From an uncultured Nitrospiraceae bacterium (GTDB lineage: Bacteria; Nitrospirota; Nitrospiria; Nitrospirales; Nitrospiraceae): DNA of 64,000 nucleotides. Under the pieces are notes generated by a model. It was not told where the DNA came from. It did no database searches and saw only the letters and a program-made list of their open reading frames with translations. The stretch is from assembly GCA_963706325.1 (NCBI GenBank), contig CAVPLT010000007.1, positions 384,001 to 448,000 on the forward strand, written 5' to 3'. Below are positions 52,839 to 63,315 of this stretch, one piece after another. A program made the translations under genes and the position numbers. Position 1 is the first letter of the stretch. Every line of letters begins with the position of its first letter.

Positions 52839-52983
52839 GAATACCTCCACTCAATTCTGACCAGCCGCGAAAACTGCTGCCATGTCCTGTCATTGACAAT
52901 GATGCCTCGGGCGAACCTGGGTGTGTAAAGGGCAGCACACTATGTCACATTGGCCGTCCTCAATCCGTTCATATCCCCCAGGT

Positions 52984-53085
52984 TTGTGGGTAGAAGCAAG
53001 CCCCGCCGGGAGCAGCGAGATTTCGAACCGCCTGGATAGCACAGACCGAGACCTTCACTCGTTGGCCTGTTCAATGCAAGTAAGG
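52984..53085 (+). repeat. Structured ~100-nt motif plus sigma-54 promoter, copy A
   Basis: Aligns with 58340-58449; ends in TGGCCTGTTCAATGC (GG-N10-GC). Confidence 0.7.
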
Positions 53086-53189
53086 CGTTTGATATGATGC
53101 ACCATCACCAATCAATACCCTCTAATCGTTTCATGAAAATGGATCGCTCATGACACTAGAGCAAACCGTCCGCTAAGTGAGGCACTTTC

Positions 53190-54086
53190 ATGCTGAGGTC
53201 ACTCGCGACAAAAATACTCCAGAAATGGAGCGACGATCCGGGGCCGCGCTTCGCCGCGGCGCTGGCCTTCTATACGGCATTGACCATCGTCCCACTGGTC
53301 GTGCTCACCATCATGGTGTCCGTGATCATGATGGATGAGAGTTCCATACGAGGCGGCCTGCAGCATCACATCGGTGACCTCATCGGGGCACCCGCTGCCA
53401 ACGGTCTGTTCGATCTTATAAACCAGTGGAGATCGGCAGGGTCCCCGTGGGTCAATGGACTGGTCGCCCTGGGAGTCTTTGTTGTTGGCGCACTCCAGGT
53501 GATGGACCAACTTCAGGACGCATTGAATTGTATTTGGGGGCTGAAACCCAAACAGCCCTCGGGACTTATCAATCGTCTGAGGCGGCGTGTCGCCTCGTTG
53601 TCCGGGCTACTGGGCATTGCCTTTATTTTGCTCGCATCGTTGACACTCAGCGCATGGATGGGTATTGCCGTTCAGTCGGGGCTCAGCACCATCGGCGGAT
53701 CCGGGATGGTCCGGGATGCGATCGGTGTGACCGTGTCGTTCGGGATCGTGTCAATGCTCTTTGCCATGATCTATAAATGGGTGCCTCAGGCCCAGGTAAC
53801 CTGGTCCAACGTGTGGGTGGGTGCCGCCATTACCGGGGCGCTCTACCTCGTTGGCAGCAAGTTGATCGTCGTGTACCTATCGCATAACGCGCTCGTAGCC
53901 TTCTATGGCGGAGCGGGCGCTTTGGTTCTCGTCTTGTTGTGGGCTTATTACGCATCGCAAATCTTCTTGTTCGGCGCGGCGGTCATTGCGGTCTATGCCG
54001 ACCACCACCGATCGCCGATACGGCCGACGGATGAAACCGTCGCGGTGCACTCGGCTTCTGAAGGCGATGCCATGACTGAGGAATGA
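53190..54086 (+). CDS. YihY/BrkB family membrane protein
   Basis: AAALAFY, LQDALNCIW, YKWVP, YGGAG, LLWAYY. Confidence 0.9.
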   Translation: MLRSLATKILQKWSDDPGPRFAAALAFYTALTIVPLVVLTIMVSVIMMDESSIRGGLQHHIGDLIGAPAANGLFDLINQWRSAGSPWVNGLVALGVFVVGALQVMDQLQDALNCIWGLKPKQPSGLINRLRRRVASLSGLLGIAFILLASLTLSAWMGIAVQSGLSTIGGSGMVRDAIGVTVSFGIVSMLFAMIYKWVPQAQVTWSNVWVGAAITGALYLVGSKLIVVYLSHNALVAFYGGAGALVLVLLWAYYASQIFLFGAAVIAVYADHHRSPIRPTDETVAVHSASEGDAMTEE

Positions 54087-55276
54087 GGCCGCCCACCATA
54101 AGATTACGAAGAGCGGTCATCTGCCCAGGCATTCCTTCCCTCGTCTCAATGATCTGTGCGCCGTTTTCTCCTCCGAATAGGGACTCATCCACCGGTCATG
54201 CCTTGGCCTCTGATCATCGTGACCATCGAGGATTTCCCGGCTTCGCCCCTAGGGTTGACCTAACTCCGGCTCATTTTGCGAAAATATTTGGTACATCGCG
54301 GCCGCGCTGGTAAGGTTTCCATTCCCAAGACTCCTTATCACTTGCGTCGTCGCCAGCAAAGGAAGACAGAGCCGCTATGTTACTGGTCACATTAGGATTA
54401 CTGCTTGGTGCTGCCGCGTTGCTGTGGGGCTTTGTCCTTGCCCTCACATGTGCCGATGGCGAGACTAGCCAAGGGGCAGGGTTCCACATTCGCTTGCCAT
54501 CTCACTCCACACATGACGGCCCACCGGGCGCCTCTGCCTTTCACCCATCGTCACGGAGCCAAGATTCCCAGGCGTTCGATTGACTGAGTGGTTTCGACGT
54601 CGTGTCAACCCCTATGGTTTCCGTCATGTCCGTTCACCATTCCACAGGCGATGGTGCGATTTTTCCGCTGATGCGTGGTAGTGACAGTCGCTTCATAAGT
54701 AAAATGTTCGTCATCACCGGATTCGCCGTTGATTCCCGAAGCGGCGGAATCCCTCAAAGCCATCCACGTCGTCTTCCACGGTTTATAACTGCCTGGTGAG
54801 GTAGGGTGCCCTGCTTCGACAGGGATGGGGTGACAGCGGCCATCAGATGCAACAGGTCTGCTCGCACTCTGCAGACAAGGAATCTGGCTAGGCGCGCTCG
54901 CTCCATCGCATTGGGCGGGTCAGTACGCCGACCATGGCGAGGCCGCAAATAAACACGAGAAGTAGCAGGCTCGCAGCCAGGAAAAACCAGCCTTTCAGTT
55001 CAGTCGTCATGGAAACAGTTTACCAATTTGTTCACTCCCGCGGACCTAGGCATTTCCATAGAGGTGAGAGTATATCCTTGCGCGGCGGAGTAAAGGGAAA
55101 AACTCATTTCACCGCTCCAGAATGATAAGGATTGCAGATGTACCGGGTCTCCACGCTGGTGAAAATCGCCATGCTGCTCGGGTACATGAAGGACGCCCTG
55201 ACAGTCAGCGAGAGGCAGAACTCTGGCCTACGTGCGCTCGAGGAATGAAGCGCACGTTGCGAGATGCCGACTCCAG

Positions 55277-55639
55277 TTACCTGCTCGGTGGCGCTGTCTG
55301 AGCTTCACCTTGATGAGAGCCGGAGCCTCCCATTTCAGTCTTCGAAGAAGTTTTCGGGCTTCCAGATCCCCCTCCATGAGTACCACCGTCTGATGATGGG
55401 TTTCCAATCGAGCCGCTGGATCCACTGTCTCCCCTTTCTTGTGGCTTCTTAGTCTCTTGGGATACTGCGGACTCTTGAAATCCCTTCATGCGGTCCTCGT
55501 ACATTTGTTCTTGCAGTCCCTGAGTACCTCCGTTGCGACCTGCGTTCGTTGCTCCCATCTGGGACTCCGCCGCACTGGCCAACATCAGAATTCCTACACT
55601 CGCTGCGAGCATGCCATAGCTAAGTGATGATGTAGTCAT
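55277..55639 (-). CDS. Exported low-complexity (G/S/Q-rich) protein
   Basis: GGAGG SD, signal peptide, disordered tail. Confidence 0.6.
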   Translation of the reverse strand: MTTSSLSYGMLAASVGILMLASAAESQMGATNAGRNGGTQGLQEQMYEDRMKGFQESAVSQETKKPQERGDSGSSGSIGNPSSDGGTHGGGSGSPKTSSKTEMGGSGSHQGEAQTAPPSR

Positions 55640-55880
55640 AATGCCTCCCTATGGTTGACTAAGAATTCACAGTCTCCCATTGAATCACCTGTGACGGATC
55701 TGCGGTACTAGAGAATCACCTGGTCATAGAAAGAATTGTCATGCCCCCCAGAAGGCAGGAACGAGCTGGCGAGAACTTAGGTCTGATGAAGTTGGGGTTA
55801 AGGGAGCCGGTGGCGAAGGGAGCATATGGAGTAGTACCAGTCGGTGCCGCCGTGGGAAAACTTGCTAAAAAGATACTAGG

Positions 55881-55898
55881 CGTATCGTATCGGATACG
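55881..55898. promoter_or_regulatory. Enhancer-like palindrome CGTATC-N6-GATACG
   Basis: Perfect 6-bp arms about 110 bp upstream of a sigma-54 promoter. Confidence 0.5.
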
Positions 55899-56007
55899 GA
55901 CTCGAGCCAGAAAGCCGTGATGTCGCACGGCATTAAAATGATTGGAAAGGCTCTGCATAGCGCATCAGGAGCGGTTGTTACGATTTGGACCTCCTGAGGT
56001 GGATAAT

Positions 56008-56023
56008 TGGTACAGAGTTTGCT
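56008..56023 (+). promoter_or_regulatory. Sigma-54 promoter
   Basis: TGGTACAGAGTTTGCT, near-consensus. Confidence 0.7.
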
Positions 56024-56327
56024 GACTTATGTTGTCATCGTTGTGAATTTGTCGAAAGGGGTAGTTGTGAATTACATGGTGACCGTTTCACTAGTAACAA
56101 TGGCAGTCAGTGGGCTCGTGATCATGAAAGTATGGAAGTCCTAAGCATCCCAATGCAGCGCGCGGGGCGCAGGAACCTTACCCGGTTCAGTATGTACCGA
56201 GCCGATTGGCCCAGGCGCACACGCGTTTCTCTCAGAGGCTCCGTCAATGTCGCCCGAGGTTCAAACTACGCCCGCCTGAAAGGGGAGCGGCCACAAGCCT
56301 GAGACAGGCGTATGGCGCTCAAAGCAA

Positions 56328-56702
56328 TTGTCGCGACTACTGGTTGTCGAAGATGATCCCGATCAATCCCGTATGCTCTGCGATCGGTTGAAGCTGTATG
56401 GCTATGCCGTCTCCTGTGCGAACGATGGCCCCGCAGCTCTGGAGATGATTCAGGCCGATTGCCCCAACGGCGTGCTGCTGGACTTGAACCTTCCTACCAT
56501 GCAGGGACACCAAATGCTGGAGCAGGCCCGAGACGCCTGTCCCAATCTTCCTGTCCTCATCGTGTCTGCCTCACGAGTGGCGATCCAGGCGGTCCAGGCC
56601 GCACAGCCCAAGGCCTGTGCATATCTCCTCAAGCCCTACAACAGCAGTGAATTGAAACAAGCCTTAGTGAAGTCTTTTGGCCCGCGACCGGTGCCTGTCT
56701 AG
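56328..56702 (+). CDS. Single-domain response regulator
   Basis: LVVEDD, LLDLNLP, VSA, LLKPY. Confidence 0.88.
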   Translation: MSRLLVVEDDPDQSRMLCDRLKLYGYAVSCANDGPAALEMIQADCPNGVLLDLNLPTMQGHQMLEQARDACPNLPVLIVSASRVAIQAVQAAQPKACAYLLKPYNSSELKQALVKSFGPRPVPV

Positions 56703-56735
56703 TGTACATATCAAGTGCCGGGAGCGAACGGCCGT

Positions 56736-57878
56736 ATGGATAATGACGAACGCCCTAGACCGGTCCCAAAGGTACACAGAAACTTGAAAGAAGGGGAAGA
56801 GTATTTCCTTCGTGTGCTGGAGGGAGTGCGCGATTATGCCATCCTCATGCTCAGTCCCGAGGGCCTGATCATGACGTGGAATGCAGGCGCCCAAGCTATG
56901 AAAGGGTACGGGGCTCAGGAAATTATCGGGCAGTCATTCTCCCGCTTTTATACCGAAACCGATCTTCACGCCCAAAAGCCCTTCAAGCTGCTTGAAGTTG
57001 CCGCACGATACGGCCGCGTGTCCGATGAAGGCTGGCGCGTGAGGAAAGACGGCTCCCACTTTTGGGCGTCCGCAGTGATAACGGCGTTCTATGATGAGAC
57101 GGGCGCCGTCCAGGGCTATGCGAAAATCACCCGAGATATGACGGAACTTCATGACACCGTACAACGGCTGGAAGAGGCAAATCGGCGGCTTCGCGACCTC
57201 GACGAGGCGAAATCATTCACTATCTCCGCGGCCTCGCACGAGTTGCGATCCCCCTTAACTTCAATTAAGGGATACGTGGATAATTTACTCGAAGGGGTGG
57301 CCGGGCCGTTGCCCGAGCAGGTCATGTCTTATTTGACTCGCATCGATCACAACGTGGATCGAGTCATTCGCATGACGAATATGTTATTGGATCTCTCCCG
57401 TATCGAGTCGGGCCAGATGGCCCTCCAGTTGAGCGCCGTCTGTACGAAGGAACTCCTTACCCATGTTCTCCAAGACTTAAAGCCACTCGCCGAAAAAAAG
57501 GCCATTTCGGTGCAAGCCGAGGATCTGGCCGATGTGCCGGTGCGGGCGGACCGGCATAAGTTAGAGCAGGTGTTCCTGAACCTGGTTCATAACGCACTCA
57601 AATTCACTCCAGAGCGAGGACGCCTCATTGTCCGATCCGACCTGACGAAGGACCGACATCTCACCATCACCGTCGCCGATACCGGCTGTGGAATCCCCCA
57701 CGAGCATCACGAAAAAGTGTTTGAAAAGTTTCATCGCGCCCCCTCGCCGATCCATGAAGGCGCCGGCCTCGGGCTCGCGATCACCCGGAAGCTGGTCGAA
57801 CTCCAAGGCGGCACCATCTGGCTTGAAAGCGAACCAGGCCATGGGAGCCGGTTCTTTGTGTCACTGCCTCAGGCGTGA
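56736..57878 (+). CDS. Cytoplasmic PAS histidine kinase
   Basis: PAS (WNAGAQAMKGY, RVRKDGS), SHELRSPL, NLVHNALKF, DTGCGI, GAGLGL. Confidence 0.92.
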   Translation: MDNDERPRPVPKVHRNLKEGEEYFLRVLEGVRDYAILMLSPEGLIMTWNAGAQAMKGYGAQEIIGQSFSRFYTETDLHAQKPFKLLEVAARYGRVSDEGWRVRKDGSHFWASAVITAFYDETGAVQGYAKITRDMTELHDTVQRLEEANRRLRDLDEAKSFTISAASHELRSPLTSIKGYVDNLLEGVAGPLPEQVMSYLTRIDHNVDRVIRMTNMLLDLSRIESGQMALQLSAVCTKELLTHVLQDLKPLAEKKAISVQAEDLADVPVRADRHKLEQVFLNLVHNALKFTPERGRLIVRSDLTKDRHLTITVADTGCGIPHEHHEKVFEKFHRAPSPIHEGAGLGLAITRKLVELQGGTIWLESEPGHGSRFFVSLPQA

Positions 57879-58273
57879 GAGATGCTGATCAACCGATCGG
57901 GGCTACGGGACCGCCGGCAGGACTGACGGAAAGTTGATTGAGGGGAAACGTTTGATAGGCTAGCCGGAAGAATGTAGGGAAGTCCCCGCGCTCCATGTTC
58001 CTACCATGAAGCTAATCCGAAGTCTGTCATTTGGCAGTGGAACTGTGCGGATCGCATCATCACGTATGAAGCCAGAATCTTGTTTTTCGGTAAATGGATA
58101 ACAAGCTTCTCGCTCGTGGCGGTTGTCTTCTTCCCCTTTATCGTCATGTTTACTGGTAGATGTTCGACCTGTTCAGTTTAACCAGGTCTGGCGACTATGA
58201 GGAGCGAGCGATGCGGTTTTTCGACGAAGCCGGCCGCAATTCAGTTGGGTGCCACTACAACAATCGTACGTAG

Positions 58274-58312
58274 AAAAAAGATGGACGAGCAGCACGAAAC
58301 CTCTGCTCAGTC
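58274..58312 (-). terminator. Intrinsic terminator (minus strand)
   Basis: GAC(T)GAGCAG-loop-CTGCTCGTC followed by CATCTTTTTT. Confidence 0.5.
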
Positions 58313-58339
58313 GCCCCCGTTATGAAAAATCGCGTGGAG

Positions 58340-58449
58340 TTGTGGGTGAAGGCAAATCCCGCCGGGAGGAGCGAGACTTCGAACGACCCTGGATGGGCAC
58401 AACCAGAGTCGAGACCTTCACCCGTATGGCTGAACAAAAGCAAGTAAGG
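58340..58449 (+). repeat. Structured ~100-nt motif plus sigma-54 promoter, copy B (candidate ncRNA)
   Basis: Closing stem GGGTGAAGG/CCTTCACCC with internal hairpins; ends in TGGCTGAACAAAAGC (GG-N10-GC). Confidence 0.7.
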
Positions 58450-58538
58450 GAGCCTTGTTTGTGACGGACCTTTCCTATTACGTGAGTTGCTACGTCGTTG
58501 CCGATCTCGACCAGCGCCTGACCGGGGCCGCTTAGGAG

Positions 58539-59186
58539 TTATTTTCGACCCATCTTTTCCCAGTCCGACAAAAACTTCTTTAAGCCAATGTCAGTCAGCG
58601 GATGCTTCACGAGTTGCTGGAAAATGGAATAGGGCATCGTGCAGATATGGCCTCCCGCAAGCGCCGACTCGACGACTTGTTGGGGGGTCCGCACGCTCGC
58701 CACCAGCACCTGTGTGTTGAACTGGTAATTCTCATAGATGCTCAGAATCTGCCGTATCAGTTCCATGCCGTCCGAGCTGACGTCATCCAATCGGCCGATA
58801 AACGGAGAGACGCACCAGGCTCCGGCCTTGGCGGCGAGCAGGGCTTGCGTGGGAGAAAAACACAAGGTGACATTGACTCGAATGCCCTCCGCTGCCAGCA
58901 TTTTCGTGGCGCGGAGACCTTCCATAATAAGCGGCACTTTCACGACAATATTGTTGTGTATTTTTGCCAGCTCCCGGCCCTCTTTGACCATAGCCGCGGA
59001 CTCTGTTCCCACAACCTCCGCGCTAATAGGGCCATCCACAAGATGACAAATTTCTAACAGCATTTCTTTGAAACTTCTGCCTTCTTTTGCCACGAGCGAA
59101 GGGTTCGTCGTCACCCCGTCGATCAGACCGAGCCTCGCTCCCTCTTCAATCTCTTTAATATTCGCCGTATCCAGATAGATCTTCAT
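58539..59186 (-). CDS. tal: Transaldolase / fructose-6-phosphate aldolase family
   Basis: [42 protein letters not shown]. Confidence 0.93.
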   Translation of the reverse strand: MKIYLDTANIKEIEEGARLGLIDGVTTNPSLVAKEGRSFKEMLLEICHLVDGPISAEVVGTESAAMVKEGRELAKIHNNIVVKVPLIMEGLRATKMLAAEGIRVNVTLCFSPTQALLAAKAGAWCVSPFIGRLDDVSSDGMELIRQILSIYENYQFNTQVLVASVRTPQQVVESALAGGHICTMPYSIFQQLVKHPLTDIGLKKFLSDWEKMGRK

Positions 59187-59789
59187 ACACGTGCCTTTCT
59201 ACTGTGGCGTGGTTTATCGAGCGTTCCCGCTCCACCAAACACCTCGCCATATGGCGAACCAAAGTGCTGACTTAACAAGCACGGGGGACGCTGGCTCTGC
59301 GGTTGCACATTTACCTTGTTTGCTTCTGGCATCACGAGACCTATTCCCTTAGCGAGGTGGGAATGTGAGTGTGCATCGTCGACTAAGTGAGGTGTACTGG
59401 GCAGAGCCCTTGCCGCGGTGTCATGAAGGCTTTCACCTACTAGTTCGACCACACGCATTTAGGGTTCTCCATTGTTTAACGAAGCCCAAGATGCCCATCA
59501 ATCTTTGTGCCCTGGAAATGCCCTGCCGGGGGACGGAGGTCAGTCTCTCCTACACTGACCTAATCGCGGCACCATCTGGATTGGAAACCGGGAAGACCAT
59601 TCCTTTGTGAAGCCCTGCGAAAGAGTCGACATGATGCTCAGTTTGTTCGGCCTTCTGCACTCCGCTCACATAGGCCAATGCGGGATGACGCGCGTTTCGA
59701 ACTAGCGGTATACCTAGTGGGATCCCGATAGATTCTCCTCCACAGTACATCTGCATGATCTGAAATCCACTTACACCTTAAGGAGACGT

Positions 59790-60266
59790 ATGAAAGGTTT
59801 CTTGCCGACCGTTACTGTTTTTAACTCGCCACTTCTTTTTGCCATGGCCCTGTGTATCGTGACCACGCCTCACGCGGTCAACGCGGCCATGGCGGGTACG
59901 TACGTCATTGCCCCGGCGGCCGGAACAGAGCCCAATTCGGCTATGAAACGTATCAAGGATGCCGCACCCGCGGCAGATGATACGGGACGCAATGCACGAG
60001 ATCGTGACGGCCAGACCATGACACCGTTGGATCAGTCCAATGATCCAGACGACGTCCAGGTCACGCGGGAGATTCGGAAGGCACTGGTGGCAGATGACGC
60101 ACTTTCCACAAGCGCGAAGAATATTAAAATCATCACAGTGCACGGCAAAGTCATCCTGCGAGGGCCGGTCGCGAATGCGCAGGAGAAGGCAAAAATTGAA
60201 AAGACCGCTCAGCAGTTCACCAAGCAACGTGTCGATAGCCAATTAGAAGTGGCAACACGCCATTGA
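59790..60266 (+). CDS. BON-domain exported protein
   Basis: AAGGAG SD; DDTGRNARDR, TPLDQSN, NIKIIT..GKVILRGPV. Confidence 0.88.
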   Translation: MKGFLPTVTVFNSPLLFAMALCIVTTPHAVNAAMAGTYVIAPAAGTEPNSAMKRIKDAAPAADDTGRNARDRDGQTMTPLDQSNDPDDVQVTREIRKALVADDALSTSAKNIKIITVHGKVILRGPVANAQEKAKIEKTAQQFTKQRVDSQLEVATRH

Positions 60267-60299
60267 TGTCAATGATCGCTCGTCTACAGGGAGGTTTTT

Positions 60300-60818
60300 A
60301 TGTCTAAAGCAGTATTCGGAATCGTCACAACCTATGCGCAGGCGGAAACCATCGTCGATAGCCTCAAAATAGCGGGGTTTTCAAATAACGACATCTCCGT
60401 GCTGCTCCCCGACAAAGACGGCACGCGTGATTTTGCCCATGAGAAGAACACCAAAGCGCCTGAAGGCGCCGCAGCCGGCGCAGGGACGGGCGGAGTCGTC
60501 GGAGGCGTATTGGGCTGGCTCGTCGGCATCGGGTCGCTCGCCATTCCGGGAGTGGGCCCTTTTGTCGCCGCCGGTCCGATCATGGCGGCCTTAAGCGGGG
60601 CCGCCGTAGGCTCCGCCGTCGGCGGTATCACGGGTGCCTTGGTGGGACTAGGGATTCCCGAGTTCGAAGCGAAGCGTTACGAGGGGAAGCTGAAGGAAGG
60701 CAACATTCTTATCTCGATACACTCGGAAGATTCTAAACAGACGGATCGCGCGGAGGCGATTCTCAAGGCAGGCAACGCGCAGGACATTTCCTCTGCAACA
60801 GAGAGTGCCGTGAAATAG
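60300..60818 (+). CDS. General stress membrane protein (YflT/DUF3341-like, glycine zipper)
   Basis: HEKNTKAPEGA, IPGVGPFVAAGP, GIPEFEAKRYE. Confidence 0.82.
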   Translation: MSKAVFGIVTTYAQAETIVDSLKIAGFSNNDISVLLPDKDGTRDFAHEKNTKAPEGAAAGAGTGGVVGGVLGWLVGIGSLAIPGVGPFVAAGPIMAALSGAAVGSAVGGITGALVGLGIPEFEAKRYEGKLKEGNILISIHSEDSKQTDRAEAILKAGNAQDISSATESAVK

Positions 60819-60859
60819 TCATGAGGGCCCGGTGACTCATTTCCTGGTTCATCACGCAC

Positions 60860-61136
60860 TGGGAGTGTCTCGCTGCAACTCTACGCGGGCGTGGAGCCCG
60901 GCATTTTCTTTGCCGAAACCTCGAACCAGTTCGGCCGGAGCACGGATAATGGCCGAGTAGGCGTCAATGCGCTGGCTGGGGCAAAGTATTTCCTGACTCG
61001 CAACTTCGCCCTCTACGCAGAGTATAAATTTAATTACGCGCACTTCGATTTCAACCAAGCGCTAGGTACGAACGCCGGGTTCGCGGGGGATTACAAGGCG
61101 AGCCATGTGGTCGGTGGGTTGGCGTGGCATCTTTAG
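60860..61136 (+). pseudogene. C-terminal fragment of an outer-membrane beta-barrel
   Basis: GVNALAGAKYFLTRNFALYAEYKFN...VGGLAWHL; no start or signal peptide. Confidence 0.6.
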
Positions 61137-61827
61137 TCGGTCACGCCAGGTCAGTGTCTTAGCCGGTAGAGAAATATGCGGAAAGGTATTCAGCCGAAGG
61201 GAGCGAGGTCGCATCCCTTCGGCTGTGCGAATACGGATGTGCATTCTGCTACGGGTAATCAATGACGAGTTACAGGCGTCTTGGTGTGAAGGGCCAATGT
61301 GGCAAATTTTCAGGAGGTATCGAGGTATCTATGCGCGTCTCGTGCTCCGGACGGCATCGAGGAATCGCGTCTTGTCTTTTCACGAGAGGCCTGATGACAG
61401 GGGCATGTGGCGTCACGAAGCTTCGACCGACACCACCATAAATTTTAGCTCCAGCACGGGTGGCGTACGAAAATTTGAGACAGAGGCTGCGGCGGGTGGC
61501 GTGCAACACGTGAGGGCCTTAGCCACGCTATACGGAATATCAGCAGAGAAGCAGGGAGAGGTTGGTTTGGTCCTGTAAAGTAAACATACTGAGCTCTGTA
61601 CGGCAGGGGTCGACGAAGACCGCACCGCGCATCTCTCACTGGTGAGCGCGCTGAATCGAGAGCTGGCAACCGCTTCGTAACTGTCGTGATCACGGTACGG
61701 AGGACCAGCCGATGAGGGCGTGATGTCACTCCACTGAACAAAACCAATTCCAGTACGCCGCAGACTGCGCAATAGTCTCAAGTATTTATGCTGCACGCGC
61801 TGAATCTGAGACTGCAGAGGACTCACC

Positions 61828-62436
61828 TCAGGGGATCAGGGCCCATCCTCGTTCCCTCATGCATTGTGAATACACACCATATGTGCTCGACAGTGATTCC
61901 TTCGCATACTGGCGGCATGATTCATCATCCTTAGCCCGACCATCACTCGCTTGGTACAGGGGTCGAGTCGGGGCTTCCGCCCGACCGCCAGACGGGGAGT
62001 GGGGAGGTACAGCTTGTGGAGTCTCCTCAGCAAAGGCTCCTCCCTCCTTGGCTCCTCGAGGCACACATTTGTGATAACCGAACGCGTCAATGGTAAGCCT
62101 TCCCTTCGAACAGTCCTCGAGTGGCAGGGGGGACCGTTGGGCCTCGGCGTTCAGAGGCGGCCGCCCTCGCGGCTCCAGGACCCACTGATAGCCTTTCGCT
62201 TGCATGCACTGGGCAAAGAGTCGTGCTTTATACGGCTCAGATTTGCCTACGGTGTCGCTCGCCACCAGCCCCTGGCACCGTTGTGAGTCAGTCGGATATT
62301 CCTGGTTGCTCAGCGCCTGCGATCTGTTGGGATTAGTCCAGTAACCATCCGGCCGAGCCTGACAAGAAACCGTGGCAAATCCGGCAGCCGCGATGAGTGC
62401 CAAGGGGAGGAATGAAGGAAAAGGTGTGATACCCAT
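61828..62436 (-). CDS. Cys-containing hypothetical lipoprotein
   Basis: AGGAG SD; duplicated D..C....(F/Y).QCM...G(Y/W) units. Confidence 0.65.
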   Translation of the reverse strand: MGITPFPSFLPLALIAAAGFATVSCQARPDGYWTNPNRSQALSNQEYPTDSQRCQGLVASDTVGKSEPYKARLFAQCMQAKGYQWVLEPRGRPPLNAEAQRSPLPLEDCSKGRLTIDAFGYHKCVPRGAKEGGAFAEETPQAVPPHSPSGGRAEAPTRPLYQASDGRAKDDESCRQYAKESLSSTYGVYSQCMRERGWALIP

Positions 62437-62550
62437 GTCCAGCTCCTGAATGACATTTTCACTATGAGTTGTCGACTGACGGAGTGGATCGACTGCCTTC
62501 TCCAGAATGGGCTGAGATGGCGGGGCTCAAAAAGTTGACGCGCACCTTAT

Positions 62551-63084
62551 CTACTGCGGACTACAGATGGGAACATCCTGGTCCTTGGCCTGATCCATTG
62601 ACCGACTGTTGACCTCGGAAACAGCAACGGACACACCACTTTTCTCTTCGACCGCTTGCTGGAGGCGAGGAATCATTTCGTTCAAAACAGAGTGGTAGGT
62701 ATCGGAAAAGCGTTCTTCCAGCACCTGCTCCATCGTCAACTGCGACAATATTCCCTGCCAGTTGTGCTCGACCTCGTCTTTCATCAGTTGCGCCGACGGA
62801 GAGGCTTTGCCCGCGGACAAATCCGCTCGACTCGCGGAAATATAATACAGCGCCTCGACCGGCTTCTTGTCTTTTGTGCAGGCCACTGCCTTGAACACAC
62901 GGCTATCGCGCTCATCAAACGTGTCGGGCTGTTTTGGTTCCGCTCGTCCGCTTCCCGGCATTGCCAGTGCCAATAAAACAAAGAAGATACCGCCGGAAAC
63001 ATTGCTTACCCATGTCCTTAGGCTGTCGCGTGCGAAAAGGCCAGGTAGTGATGACAATACGCGGCTCAAAAAGACTGTACTCAT
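62551..63084 (-). CDS. Hypothetical exported protein
   Basis: AAAGGA SD; hydrophobic segment then a soluble domain. Confidence 0.6.
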   Translation of the reverse strand: MSTVFLSRVLSSLPGLFARDSLRTWVSNVSGGIFFVLLALAMPGSGRAEPKQPDTFDERDSRVFKAVACTKDKKPVEALYYISASRADLSAGKASPSAQLMKDEVEHNWQGILSQLTMEQVLEERFSDTYHSVLNEMIPRLQQAVEEKSGVSVAVSEVNSRSMDQAKDQDVPICSPQ

Positions 63085-63315
63085 AATCGTCCTTTCATGA
63101 ATTGACGACGTTCAGGCTCATGCTAGCACCGAAGATCTTGCTGCGAGACTCGGAACTACCCTGGAGCCCAATAATCTCATGCCAGCCAGTGTCGACAGCT
63201 CATACCGTGGCGGCCGTTGCGGGTTTACGCCTCCTGTGTGCCCACGGGAGACCCCTAGTTGTTGTCCAACGTCATAGATGTCTTAATGGTTCAAGCCATA
63301 GGCTGGGGGATCTGA

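Noticed and set aside
58351..58385. c-di-GMP-I (GEMM) riboswitch
   Set aside because: GGCAAA..GAC is present, but the following GCAAA and the P2 stem with its conserved tail are missing.
61270..61826. Overlapping minus-strand ORFs
   Set aside because: Could be a degraded gene, but no family motif was recognised.
62470..62494. Fourth ECF42 promoter (TGTCGA...CGACT)
   Set aside because: Spacer is 14 rather than 16 nt and no plus-strand gene follows.
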